Of a stretch of 64,000 bases of DNA, positions 36,544 to 45,484 are shown piece by piece. The stretch lies in assembly GCA_963757175.1 (NCBI GenBank), contig CAVWQR010000005.1:45205-109204 (forward strand), given 5' to 3'. The notes beneath the pieces are model-generated. The model searched no databases. It saw only the letters and a program-made list of their open reading frames with translations, and was not told the origin of the DNA. How positions within the stretch are numbered: position 1 is the first letter of the stretch; the number at the start of each line of letters is the position of its first letter. Position numbers and translations under genes: made by a program. Source of the stretch: an uncultured Actinomycetota bacterium (GTDB lineage: Bacteria; Actinomycetota; Acidimicrobiia; Acidimicrobiales; Palsa-688).

Positions 36544-38337
36544 CTACCCGGCAGGAGAGGCGGGAAGGGTGGCCGGCGAGCCCGGGCCATTGGGCGGCGC
36601 CGGTGGTGCCGACGTCGGGTCCTCCGATACGACGGGCGCCTCGAGATGGACGAGGGTGCCGCCGTCGGCGGGCGAGGTGACCCAGGCCTCCCCGCCGAGG
36701 CCGCGGAACACCTGGCGGACGATCGCCAGCCCCAGCCCCGAGCCGGGCATGGCCCGGGCGCTGGACGCGCGGTAGAAGCGGTCGAAGACCTTGGGGATGT
36801 CCTCGGGGGCGATGCCCGGACCCTGGTCGCGCACAACCAGCTCCCACCGGTTCGCGGTGGCCGGCGGCGGAGGCGGCGGAGGTAGCGGAGCGCCGGTGGC
36901 CGGGAAAGCGGCCGACGGCGCACCGGAACTGGCGGGGACGCCGTTGGCGCCATTGCTGCCGCCCGCCGGTCGGGGTTGGGGTTGGTCCACGGGGGACCGG
37001 GCGCCGGCGGGGGCCGGCACGTCCGGCGGGGGCGGGGCCGAGGAGAACGGGGGCGCCGGGGTCGACACGAACGGCGGCGTCATTGCGCCCTCCCGCCGGC
37101 GCAGGGTCACCTCGACGATGCCGCTGGGCGGGCTCCACTTGGCCGCGTTGTCGAGCACGTTGAGCACGGCACGCTCCAGCAGCGCCGGCTGGGCGCGCAC
37201 CAGGCCGGGTTCGGTGGTGACCCGGAAGGTGAGCGACGGCGCCCGGCGCTTGGCCCGGTCGACCGCCCGCTGCACGACGCCGTCGAAACGGAGCTCCTCG
37301 GGCTCGGTCTCCTGCTCGTCCTCGCGGGCCAGCTCCACGACGTCGCCGACCAGCGTGGTCAACTCCTCCAGCTGGCCGCCGACGTCCTCGAGCAACGCCG
37401 CCCGATCGTCCTCGGGCAGGTCGCGCATGCGCATCAGGACCTCGATGTTGGTGCGCAGGCTGGTGAGCGGGGTGCGCAACTCGTGGCCGGCGTCGGCCAC
37501 CAGCTGGGACTGTTGCAGACGCGACGCCTGCAAGGCCCCGAGCATGGCGTTGAAGCTGTGGGCCAGACGGGCCAGTTCGTCCTTGCCGTCCTCTTCGATC
37601 CGGGCGTCGAGGTCCTGGGTCACGGCCACGTGCTCGGCGGCCCCGGTGAGGCGTTCGACCGGGCGGATCATCGCCCGCGCCGCCAGGTAGCCGAGCAGCA
37701 AGGCGACGGCGACGCCGCCGATTCCGACCAGGAGCAGGATGAGGCGCAGGTCGGACAGGGTGTGGTCGAGCAGAGCCAACGGCGAGTACACGACCAGCGC
37801 CACGCTGGCGAAGGAGGTCTGGCCGTCGACGGTCGTGACCATCTGAGGTCCCAGCCCGATGGTGTAGACGCGGAAGCGTTGGCCGGCGGCGGAGACCGTA
37901 CCGATGCTGTCGTCGCCGGCGGCGCTCGGCTGGGCCAGGGCCTTGGCGGTCGAGGAGGCCGGGAGGACCACGTTGAAGGGCAGGTTCGGCGTCGCCAGCG
38001 GTCGGTTGCCCTGCTCGTAGGGAAAGCGGGTGCCGTCGGTGGCCACCAGCTCGGCCTGGTCGTTGCTGGCCTGGATGTGGCCGATCGCCTGGGAGACGCC
38101 GCGGCTGGCCAACCCCTCAGGGGAGCCCTGCAGCGCGCTCCAGACCTCCTGGCCCTCGTTGGTCAGCGTGGTGTCGGTCTGGTCGTACAGGAGGTGGCGA
38201 ACGGCGAAGTAGGCGCTGAACGCGGCCAGGGCCAAGGCCAGGCCGACGGCGGCCGCCGCCAACAGGCTGAGCCGGGACCGGAAACTCACCCGGCGGAACC
38301 ACGCGTTGGAGCGGGGCGCCATCGTCGGAGCGGTCAT
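36544..38337 (-). CDS. sensor histidine kinase (MprB/MtrB-like) with Pro-rich insertion in the ATPase domain
   Basis: ORF 36544..38337. It has two TM segments, a HAMP domain, the H-box '[17 protein letters not shown]', the N-box '[10 protein letters not shown]', G1 'RDQGPGI' and G2 'GSGLGLAIV'. Confidence 0.85.
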   Translation of the reverse strand: MTAPTMAPRSNAWFRRVSFRSRLSLLAAAAVGLALALAAFSAYFAVRHLLYDQTDTTLTNEGQEVWSALQGSPEGLASRGVSQAIGHIQASNDQAELVATDGTRFPYEQGNRPLATPNLPFNVVLPASSTAKALAQPSAAGDDSIGTVSAAGQRFRVYTIGLGPQMVTTVDGQTSFASVALVVYSPLALLDHTLSDLRLILLLVGIGGVAVALLLGYLAARAMIRPVERLTGAAEHVAVTQDLDARIEEDGKDELARLAHSFNAMLGALQASRLQQSQLVADAGHELRTPLTSLRTNIEVLMRMRDLPEDDRAALLEDVGGQLEELTTLVGDVVELAREDEQETEPEELRFDGVVQRAVDRAKRRAPSLTFRVTTEPGLVRAQPALLERAVLNVLDNAAKWSPPSGIVEVTLRRREGAMTPPFVSTPAPPFSSAPPPPDVPAPAGARSPVDQPQPRPAGGSNGANGVPASSGAPSAAFPATGAPLPPPPPPPATANRWELVVRDQGPGIAPEDIPKVFDRFYRASSARAMPGSGLGLAIVRQVFRGLGGEAWVTSPADGGTLVHLEAPVVSEDPTSAPPAPPNGPGSPATLPASPAG

Positions 38338-38340
38338 GGC

Positions 38341-39024
38341 TCAGTCCCCGGCAGGCTCGCGCAGCACATAGCCGACACCCCGGACGGTGTGGATGAGGCG
38401 GGGCTCGCCCTCCGCTTCGGTCTTGCGGCGGAGGTATCCGATGTACACCTCCAAGGAGTTGGAGTTTGCCCCGAAGTCGTACCCCCAGACGCGGTCGAAG
38501 ATGACCTCCCGGGCCAGCACCTGGCGGGCGTTGCGCAGCAGGAGCTCCAACAGGAGGAACTCGGTGCGCGTCAGCTCGATGCGCCGGGTGCCGCGCCGAA
38601 CCTCCCGGGTGCCGGGATCGAGCGACAGGTCGGCGAAGCGCAGCACCTCGTTCTCCGACAGCGGTGCGGTGCGGCGGAGCAGGGCGCGCATCCGGGCGAG
38701 GAGCTCTTCGAGCGAGAACGGCTTGACCAGATAGTCGTCGGCGCCGGCATCCAGACCGGCGACCCGCTCGGAGACGGCGGAACGGGCGGTGAGCAGGAGG
38801 ATCGGCGTGGCGTCGCCCGCGCTCCGCAGGCGGGAGCAAACCTGGATCCCGTCGAGACGGGGCATGGCGACATCGAGAATGATGGCGTCGGCGGGCCGTT
38901 CGGCGTGGGCGGAGAGCGCGGCGGTGCCGTCTTCGGCCAGCTCCGTCTCGTAACTCTCGAAGCGGAGGGCGCGGTCGAGCGCCTGACGCACCGCAGGCTC
39001 GTCGTCGACCACCAGGATCCTCAC
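38341..39024 (-). CDS. OmpR-family response regulator
   Basis: Lies in the frame of ORF 38341..39069 with a GTG at 39024 ('[12 protein letters not shown]'). '[11 protein letters not shown]', 'LLLTAR', 'DDYLVKPF' and the winged-helix '[10 protein letters not shown]' are present. It lies 3 nt upstream of the kinase gene. Confidence 0.9.
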   Translation of the reverse strand: MRILVVDDEPAVRQALDRALRFESYETELAEDGTAALSAHAERPADAIILDVAMPRLDGIQVCSRLRSAGDATPILLLTARSAVSERVAGLDAGADDYLVKPFSLEELLARMRALLRRTAPLSENEVLRFADLSLDPGTREVRRGTRRIELTRTEFLLLELLLRNARQVLAREVIFDRVWGYDFGANSNSLEVYIGYLRRKTEAEGEPRLIHTVRGVGYVLREPAGD

Positions 39025-39086
39025 CGGTTCCAGTGTGGCCGATCGAGCTGAAAAAGATCTGAATGCCATGGGTAAGGTCGCAAACC

Positions 39087-39911
39087 ATGGGCACGATCAC
39101 CCTCGAGGCGGGAAGCGCGCAGGCCGAGATCTCACCCGAGCACGGCGGTCGGCTGGCTGCCTTGTCGTTCGACGGTCATCAGCTGCTCGTCACCGAGACG
39201 CAGGCGGCGGAGATCGTCGGGGAGAACCCGCCACCGCCGACGCGCTGGGGGATGTTCCTCATGGTCCCGTGGGCCGGTCGCATCCGTCACGGCGACTTCT
39301 CCTTCGACGGGCACGACTACCACATGCCGATCAACGCGCCGCCCCATGCGATTCACGGGACGCTGTTCGACCATCCCGCCAGCCACCAGGAGTTCGGAGA
39401 GACGACCGCCCGCCTGGGATGGACGCTCGAGGACCCTTGGCCGTTCGCGGGCACGGTCACCCACACAGTCGAGTTGGCCGAGACCGGCATCACCTTGACG
39501 CTGGAGGTGGCCGCCCAAGCCGCCATGCCGGTCACCGTCGGCTGGCATCCGTGGTGGCGCCGGGAGATCGGGACGGACCGGCCCCTCGAGCTGCAGTTCG
39601 CCCCATCGGGGATGTACCTCCGCGACGACGAGGGGATCCCGACGGGTGAGCTCGGCGCCGTGTCCCCGGGACCGTGGGACGACTGCTTCCCCCGCCCCGA
39701 CGAACCCGTGCGTCTGGTCTGGCCCGACGCCGTGACCCTGCGGCTGGAAACGTCCTGCTCCGACCTGGTCGTGTTCACCCAACCCGACTTCGCCACCTGC
39801 GTCGAGCCTCAGTCGGGCCCGCCGGACGCGGTCAACTCGGGGGTGGACCTGGCCGTGCTTGCGCCGCACCAGTCGATCGTCGCCGTGGCCCGCTGGGTGC
39901 GCGAGGCCTGA
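39087..39911 (+). CDS. aldose 1-epimerase family protein
   Basis: Lies in the frame of ORF 39063..39911 from ATG 39087 ('MGTITLEAG'). '[15 protein letters not shown]', '[13 protein letters not shown]', 'HAIHGT' and 'GWHPWW' are mutarotase-like motifs. Confidence 0.8.
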   Translation: MGTITLEAGSAQAEISPEHGGRLAALSFDGHQLLVTETQAAEIVGENPPPPTRWGMFLMVPWAGRIRHGDFSFDGHDYHMPINAPPHAIHGTLFDHPASHQEFGETTARLGWTLEDPWPFAGTVTHTVELAETGITLTLEVAAQAAMPVTVGWHPWWRREIGTDRPLELQFAPSGMYLRDDEGIPTGELGAVSPGPWDDCFPRPDEPVRLVWPDAVTLRLETSCSDLVVFTQPDFATCVEPQSGPPDAVNSGVDLAVLAPHQSIVAVARWVREA

Positions 39912-39913
39912 TC

Positions 39914-39948
39914 GACCTCGGACCTCGGACCTCGGACCGCGGACCGGA
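39914..39948 (+). repeat. five tandem 7-nt units (GACCTCG x3, GACCGCG, GACCGGA)
   Basis: Read directly at 39914-39948, immediately after the epimerase stop codon (39909-39911). Confidence 0.85.
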
Positions 39949-39950
39949 GC

Positions 39951-39980
39951 GGGCGGGCCGGGGCGGGCGGGGCGGCGGGG
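39951..39980 (+). other. G-run tract matching a G-quadruplex motif (GGGCGGGCCGGGGCGGGCGGGGCGGCGGGG)
   Basis: Six runs of at least three G separated by 1-4 nt are read directly, ~30 nt upstream of ATG 40010. Confidence 0.4.
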
Positions 39981-40009
39981 CGGCGGCCCAGCGGTAAGCT
40001 GCCCGGACC

Positions 40010-40303
40010 ATGTCCCGCTCCCTCATCGAGCGCCGCCTGACCGATGTCGCCGAGCGGCTGCGCCGCGCCCGGGCGGAGCTTGCCGTGCTCGACGAGCAGC
40101 TGGCCGTGTTCAACGAGGCGGCCGACGACGCCCGGCTGCGATCTCTCGTCTCCGAGACCCCCATGGCGCACCGCGAGCACAGCGACGCCCAACGACATGC
40201 CGATGCCATGGCGCGCAGTCACCGGCTGCTGCAGGGGCAGATCGCCGAGCTGACCAGGGCCCAGGACGAGTTGCTTGACCGTCTCGTCGTCTCCTCGGAC
40301 TAG
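40010..40303 (+). CDS. hypothetical coiled-coil protein (97 aa)
   Basis: ORF 40010..40303. It is heptad-like and Arg/Glu/Leu-rich ('LTDVAERLRRARAELAVLDEQLAVF', 'LLQGQIAELTRAQDELLDRL'). I recognise no family. Confidence 0.5.
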   Translation: MSRSLIERRLTDVAERLRRARAELAVLDEQLAVFNEAADDARLRSLVSETPMAHREHSDAQRHADAMARSHRLLQGQIAELTRAQDELLDRLVVSSD

Positions 40304-40393
40304 GCGACCTACCGGCGCGTGCCGTAGTTTCCCACCCTTGATCAGGCGGACCGTGGGCGCACCGTTGCCCCCCGACCCCGAAGGAGATCAGTC

Positions 40394-40984
40394 GTGCCCG
40401 TGCGTGTCGTGATCGCCGAGGACGAGGCCATCGTCCGACTGGACCTCAAGGAGATCCTCGAGGAGGAGGGCTACGACGTGGTGGGGGAGACCGGGCGAGG
40501 CGACGAGGCGGTGGCGCTCGTGCGCAGCGAACGCCCCGACCTGGCCATCCTCGACATCAAGATGCCGGGCCAGGACGGCCTGGGCGCGGCGCGTGACATC
40601 AACGCCGAACGCCTCTGCGCCGTGCTCATCCTCACCGCCTTCTCCCAGCGGGATCTCATCGACCAGGCCCGGGACGCCGGCGCCCTCGCCTACCTCGTCA
40701 AGCCGTTCCAGAAGAGCGAACTGCTACCGGCGATCGAGATCGCCCTCGGCCGGTTCGCCGACCTGCAGTCGCTCGACGATCAGGTCCACTCGCTCGAGGA
40801 GCGACTCGAGGTCCGCAAGGCGGTCGAACGGGCCAAGGGGATTCTCATGGAGGAGTGCGGCCTGAAGGAGCACGAGGCGTACACCTGGATCCAGCGCACC
40901 GCCATGCGGGGACGGCAGCGGATGGTGGAGGTGGCCAAGCAGATCATCGACGGCAATCTGCGCCCCGGCCCGGACCAACCCTGA
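40394..40984 (+). CDS. ANTAR-domain response regulator (PdtaR-like)
   Basis: ORF 40394..40984, GTG after AAGGAG. The receiver domain has 'VVIAEDEAIVRLDL', 'ILDIKMPGQDG' and 'YLVKPF'. The ANTAR domain has 'LEVRKAVERAKGILMEE.GLKEHEAYTWIQRTAM'. Confidence 0.85.
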   Translation: MPVRVVIAEDEAIVRLDLKEILEEEGYDVVGETGRGDEAVALVRSERPDLAILDIKMPGQDGLGAARDINAERLCAVLILTAFSQRDLIDQARDAGALAYLVKPFQKSELLPAIEIALGRFADLQSLDDQVHSLEERLEVRKAVERAKGILMEECGLKEHEAYTWIQRTAMRGRQRMVEVAKQIIDGNLRPGPDQP

Positions 40985-41044
40985 GCGCGCGCTCGGGTTT
41001 CCCGCGCCGCAGCTCGATGACACGGTCATCGCCGCATCGTCGGC

Positions 41045-41706
41045 CTAGGCGACATCGGCGACGAAGAGCTGGCCGGCGAGCGTCGGTCCGAGGGCGATGC
41101 TCTGGTCCCCCAGGTCGAGGGTCAGCGTGCCGTCGGGGGCGCGGGACGCCACCGTGGCCTCCGCGCCGGGGACGAAGCCGTGCTCGGCCAGGTAGTCGAG
41201 CGAGTCGACATCGATCTCCACCGACTCGGTCACCCGCTCGAGTCGCACGTGGTCGCCGCCGCGGGCCTCGGACAAGGCGGTGAGCACGGCGGACGCCGCA
41301 CCCGACCCGGGAATCGGGTTGCCGTGCGGGCAGGTCGTGGGGTGGCCGAGCAGCTCGATGAGACGCTCCTCGACCTCGTCGGAGATCACGTGTTCCCACC
41401 GGCCGGCCTCGAGGTGGCTGCGCTGCCAGGGAAGGCCGATCACATCGGTGAGCAGCCGCTCGGCCAGGCGGTGGCGGCGCACCACGCTCTCGGCCACCGC
41501 CTGGCCCGAGGCGGTCAACCGCATCGAACGCCCCTCGAAGGTCACGTAGCCGTCGTCGCGCAGGCGCCGCATCATCTCGGAAACCGCCGGCGGGGTGATC
41601 CCCAGACGCTCGGCCAGCCGGGCCTGGATGACGGTCGCCCCCTCCTCCTCCAGCTCGTGGATGGCCTCGAGGTACTCCTCCAGCGGGGGTGGAAACCGTC
41701 AGCCAC
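41045..41706 (-). pseudogene. DtxR/IdeR/MntR-family metal-dependent repressor, frame broken near the 5' end as assembled
   Basis: The frame of ORF 41045..41575 extends upstream without a start codon ('PLEEYLEAIHELEEEGATVIQARLAERLGITPPAVSEMMRRL'). GTG 41706 ('VADGFHP') is one frame off, and the break lies in the G-run 41685-41689. The metal-site region 'CPHGNPIP' and an SH3/FeoA-like C-terminus are present. Confidence 0.8.
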
Positions 41707-41802
41707 GGACGCCAGCGTACCGTTGCGCTCCCGGCGCTCGGCCGGCCCGGCCGCTCGGCGCTTCCGGCCGCTCGGGTGCGCCCAGGCCGTAGCATCGTCG
41801 GG

Positions 41803-44498
41803 ATGGCGCGGCTCATGCTTCTGGACGGGCACTCGCTGGCCTACCGGGCCTTCTTCGCCCTGCCGTCGGACATGGCCACCGCGTCGGGGCAGGTCACCAA
41901 CGCCGTCTACGGCTTCACGTCCATGCTCGTCAACCTGCTCAAGGACCACCAGCCGGACCGCATCGCGGTGGCGTTCGACCGTCCCGAGCCCACGTTCCGC
42001 CACGAGATGGTGAGCGACTACAAGGCGGGGCGGGCCGAGACCCCCGACATCCTGCGCCAGCAACTGGGTCTGGTCCGCCAGGTGGTGGAGACCATGCACA
42101 TGCCGATCGTGGAAGCCGCCGGCTACGAGGCCGACGATGTCATCGCCACCCTCGCCACCGAGGCCCGCGATCGGGGCGACGACGTCATCATCGTGACGGG
42201 CGACCGGGACGCCTACCAGCTGGTCGAGGACCCTCACGTCAAGGTCCTGTACAACCGCCGGGGGGTGTCGGACTACGTCCTGTACGACGAGGCGGGGATC
42301 GCCGAGCGCACGGGGGTCACCCCTGCCCAGTACCCCCAGTACGCCGCGCTGCGCGGCGACCCGTCCGACAACCTGCCCGGCGTGCCGGGGGTGGGGGACA
42401 AGACCGCCGCCCGCCTCATCAACACCTACGGCGATCTGGACGGGATCTTCGCCCACCTGGACGACCTGACCCCCAAGCTGCGGGCCAACCTGGCCGAGGC
42501 CGAGTCGACGGTGCGCACCAACGCCAAGGCCACGCCGCTGGTGCGCGAAGTCCCCCTGGAGGCGGACTTGGACCAGCTGACCATGGGCGGTTGGGACCGT
42601 GAGGAGCTGCGGCGGCTGTTCGACTTCCTCGAGTTCCGCACCCTGTGGGACCGGTTGCTGGAGGCGGTCGAGGGAGGGGAAATTGCGGCCCGGTCCGAGG
42701 TGGACGCCGGCGATGCCCTCGACCTGGTCGTGGACCCGCTGGCCTCCGCCGACGAGGCCACGCACCGCCTCGGCGCCTGGCAGGCCGCCGGCGCCGCCCT
42801 GGCCGTGTCCGGGGCCTGGGACGAGCGGGAGGGGCGTTCGCCGCTGGTCGGCCTGGCGTTCGCGTCCGCGGCAGGACCCCGGCGCGCCCGTGGTCTGGAT
42901 GGGCGACTCGCTTCTGGCCGATGCGTCCGTCCTCGACGGGCTGGGTCGGTTGTTCGGCCCGGGCGGCGCCGACATCTCCGCCCACGACGCCAAGGCCCTC
43001 ATGCGGGGTCTGGCCGTGCTGGGCGTGGACTTTTCCCATCTGCAACTCGACACCGTCGATCGCCGCCTACCTGGTGGACCCGGCCGGCGACCAGTACCTG
43101 CTCGAGGACCTGGCCACCCGCTACGCCCACCTCGACCTCAGCGGCCCCGAGGCGCCGCCCGCCGGCCAGCTGGACTTGGCCGGCGGCGGAGCCGACGCCG
43201 CCGACGTGGCCGCCCGACGAGCCGCCGCCGTCGCCCGCCTGGTCGAGCCCTTGTCGGCCGCCTTGTCGGCGCGGGGCATGTCCGCCCTGTACGACGAGGT
43301 CGAACGCCCGCTCGTGCGGGTGCTGGCCAAGATGGAGCTCGCCGGCATCCGCGTCGACGTCGAGGGTTTGCGCACGCTCGCCGCCGAGCTGTCGGAGGAG
43401 GCCAAGAAGCTGGAGGCGGAGATCCAGGATCTCGCCGGCGAGCCGTTCGTGGTCAACTCCACCAAGCAGCTGCGCGACATCCTCTTCGTCAAGCTCGGCC
43501 TCAGCCCCCAGAAGCGGACCAAGACCGGTTTCTCGACCGACGCCCAGTCGCTGGAGAAGCTCCGCGGCCAGCACCCCATCATCGAGGCGCTCCTCCGCTA
43601 CCGGGAGGTGGAGAAGCTGCGCTCCACCTACGGCGAGAGCCTGCTCGCCGAAGTCGCCCCCGACGGGCGCATCCACGCCACCTTCAACCAAACCGTGGCC
43701 CGCACCGGGCGGCTGTCCTCTGACCAGCCCAACCTGCACAACATCCCGGTACGGTCCGAGGAGGGGAGGCGGTTCCGCAGCTCGTTCATCCCCGCTGCCG
43801 GGTGCCGGCTGCTCGTCGCCGACTACAACCAGATCGAGCTGCGGGTCATCGCCCACCTGGCCGAGGATCCCGGCCTGGTCGATGCCTTCACCACCGGGCT
43901 CGACATCCACACCGCGACCGCCTCGCGCATCTACGGGGTGGAGCCGGCGGACGTCACCATCGCCATGCGCTCCAAGGCCAAGATGGTCTCCTACGGGCTG
44001 GCCTACGGCATGGAGTCCTACGGCCTGGCCCAGCGCCTTGCCGTGCCCGTCGACGAAGCCGCCCAGATCCTGGCCGCCTACTTCGAGGGGTTCCCCAACG
44101 TCCGGGCGTACATGGACCGGGTGGTGGCCGAGGCCCGCGACCGGGGCTACACCGAGACCCTGTTCGGCCGGCGCCGGCTCATCCCCGAGCTGCAGTCCGG
44201 TCGGTACCAGGTGCGGGCCGCCGGCGAGCGCCAGGCCATGAACGCCGGCATCCAGGGACTGGCCGCCGACATCTTCAAAGTGGCCCTCGTGCGCCTCGAC
44301 GCCCGGCTCGAAGAGGGCGGCCTGGCCAGCCGGGTGGTCCTCCAGGTGCACGACGAGGTGATCCTCGAGGTCCCGCCCTCGGAGGAGGCGGCCGCCGAGG
44401 AAGTGGTGACCGCCGCCATGGCCGGCGCCGTCGAGCTACGGGTGCCGCTGTCGCTCAACCTTTCCTGGGGCGACACCTGGGCCGACGCCAAGGGCTAG
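41803..44498 (+). pseudogene. polA: DNA polymerase I, two frame breaks as assembled
   Basis: ATG 41803 gives 'MARLMLLDGHSLAYRAFFAL'. The 5' nuclease region carries 'GDRDAYQLV' and 'SDNLPGVPGVGDKTA'. The middle segment is in the frame of ORF 42599..43723. The polymerase domain is in the frame of ORF 42645..44498 ('RIHATFNQTVARTGRLSS', 'DYNQIELRV', 'KMVSYGLAYGM', 'QVHDEV'). The breaks are near 42873 and 43058. Confidence 0.95.
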
Positions 44499-44629
44499 CC
44501 CCGGGGTCGCCCGGGCGGGCGCCGGGTGGCGTGCGCTCGGCGGTTGTGTGCACTTCTTCGCCCATGGCCGGGGGGCCGGCGGATCTTGCGCGCAGTTGAG
44601 GCCGCCCACGGACCATCTTCTGCACGCAA

Positions 44630-44694
44630 CGCGACAACTGGCCGCGACAACTGCCCGCAACCACGGCCACAACCACTGCGCACGAGCCGCTGCC
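44630..44694. repeat. degenerate ~13-nt tandem repeats (CGCGACAACTGGC / CGCGACAACTGCC / CGCAACCACGGC / CACAACCACTGCG ...)
   Basis: Read directly in the convergent intergenic region between polA (stop 44498) and the minus-strand gene that ends at 44735. Confidence 0.6.
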
Positions 44695-44734
44695 CCGGCC
44701 GCCGGCGCCGAGCCGCCGCCCCGGCCCCGAGCGT

Positions 44735-45397
44735 TCAGACCGCCGGCGCCCGCCCCCACCCGGCGAGGTAGGCGGGCACGGCCGCGCCGACGTCTGCGTC
44801 GCGCGCCAAGGGGTCGGCGGTGGCGACGGTACCCACCGGGATCACGCCGGACCACACGCCGTTGACCCGGTCGGCGTCGATGGTCTCGACCGGCGGGCCC
44901 GAGCGGGACTTGGCCGACCACGACTCCATGACCATCTCGACCACGGCCGTCTTCCGCAGCTCGGCGTCGCTCGGTTGGCGGGCGTCCTTCCAGCGTCCCG
45001 GGGCGAGGTGGTCGACGACGTGCCGCAACGCCTCCCGCTTCTCCTCCGGGTCGGTCAGCGGCCGGAGGGGACCGAACACCGCGGCCGACCGGTAGTTGAA
45101 CGAGTGGCTGAACACCGACGCCGCAAACACCGCTCCGTCCACGATCGTCGCCGTGGCGCACACCCGCTCCGGAGGCCCGGCCGGCGCCAACAGACCCGCC
45201 GCCGGCGAGCCGTGCAGGTACAGCCGGTCGCCGGCACGCCCGTGGGTCATGGGGAGCACCACAGGGTCGTCGCCGCGCACCGCGCCCACGTGACAGATGA
45301 GCGCCTCGTCGAACACCGCCGCCACCTGGTCGAAGTCGTAGCCGGCTCGTTCGGGGTGGCGACGGACGCGAGCGAGGGGAGAAACGGGCGGGCTCAT
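44735..45397 (-). CDS. pyridoxamine 5'-phosphate oxidase family (flavin-binding split-barrel) protein
   Basis: Lies in the frame of ORF 44735..46801 from ATG 45397 ('[21 protein letters not shown]'). '[28 protein letters not shown]' and 'FNYRSAVVFG' follow this family's pattern. Confidence 0.8.
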   Translation of the reverse strand: MSPPVSPLARVRRHPERAGYDFDQVAAVFDEALICHVGAVRGDDPVVLPMTHGRAGDRLYLHGSPAAGLLAPAGPPERVCATATIVDGAVFAASVFSHSFNYRSAAVFGPLRPLTDPEEKREALRHVVDHLAPGRWKDARQPSDAELRKTAVVEMVMESWSAKSRSGPPVETIDADRVNGVWSGVIPVGTVATADPLARDADVGAAVPAYLAGWGRAPAV

Positions 45398-45484
45398 GGC
45401 CGCCAGTTTGACCAAGGCGCCGGCCCCGCGCCCAGGACTTTGGCCCCCGGGGCGGCGCCAGCCCGGTCGGTAGGCTGCGGGGCC

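Noticed and set aside
36348-36953. A minus-strand 201-aa ORF, together with plus-strand ORF 36439..36885, overlapping the tRNA and the kinase 3' end.
   Set aside because: Both run across the tRNA-Leu gene or antisense to the histidine kinase, and both are low-complexity.
39914-39987. The short tandem repeats considered as a possible CRISPR array.
   Set aside because: The units are 7 nt with no spacers, the total length is under 80 nt, and there are no cas genes anywhere in the window.
44499-44734. Small ORFs in the polA downstream gap: 44526..44771(+), 44548..44865(+), 44455..44676(-) and 44495..44683(-).
   Set aside because: They overlap one another in all frames and are Arg/Pro/Ala-rich, with no motif and no RBS. 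I treat the region as non-coding with a repeat array.
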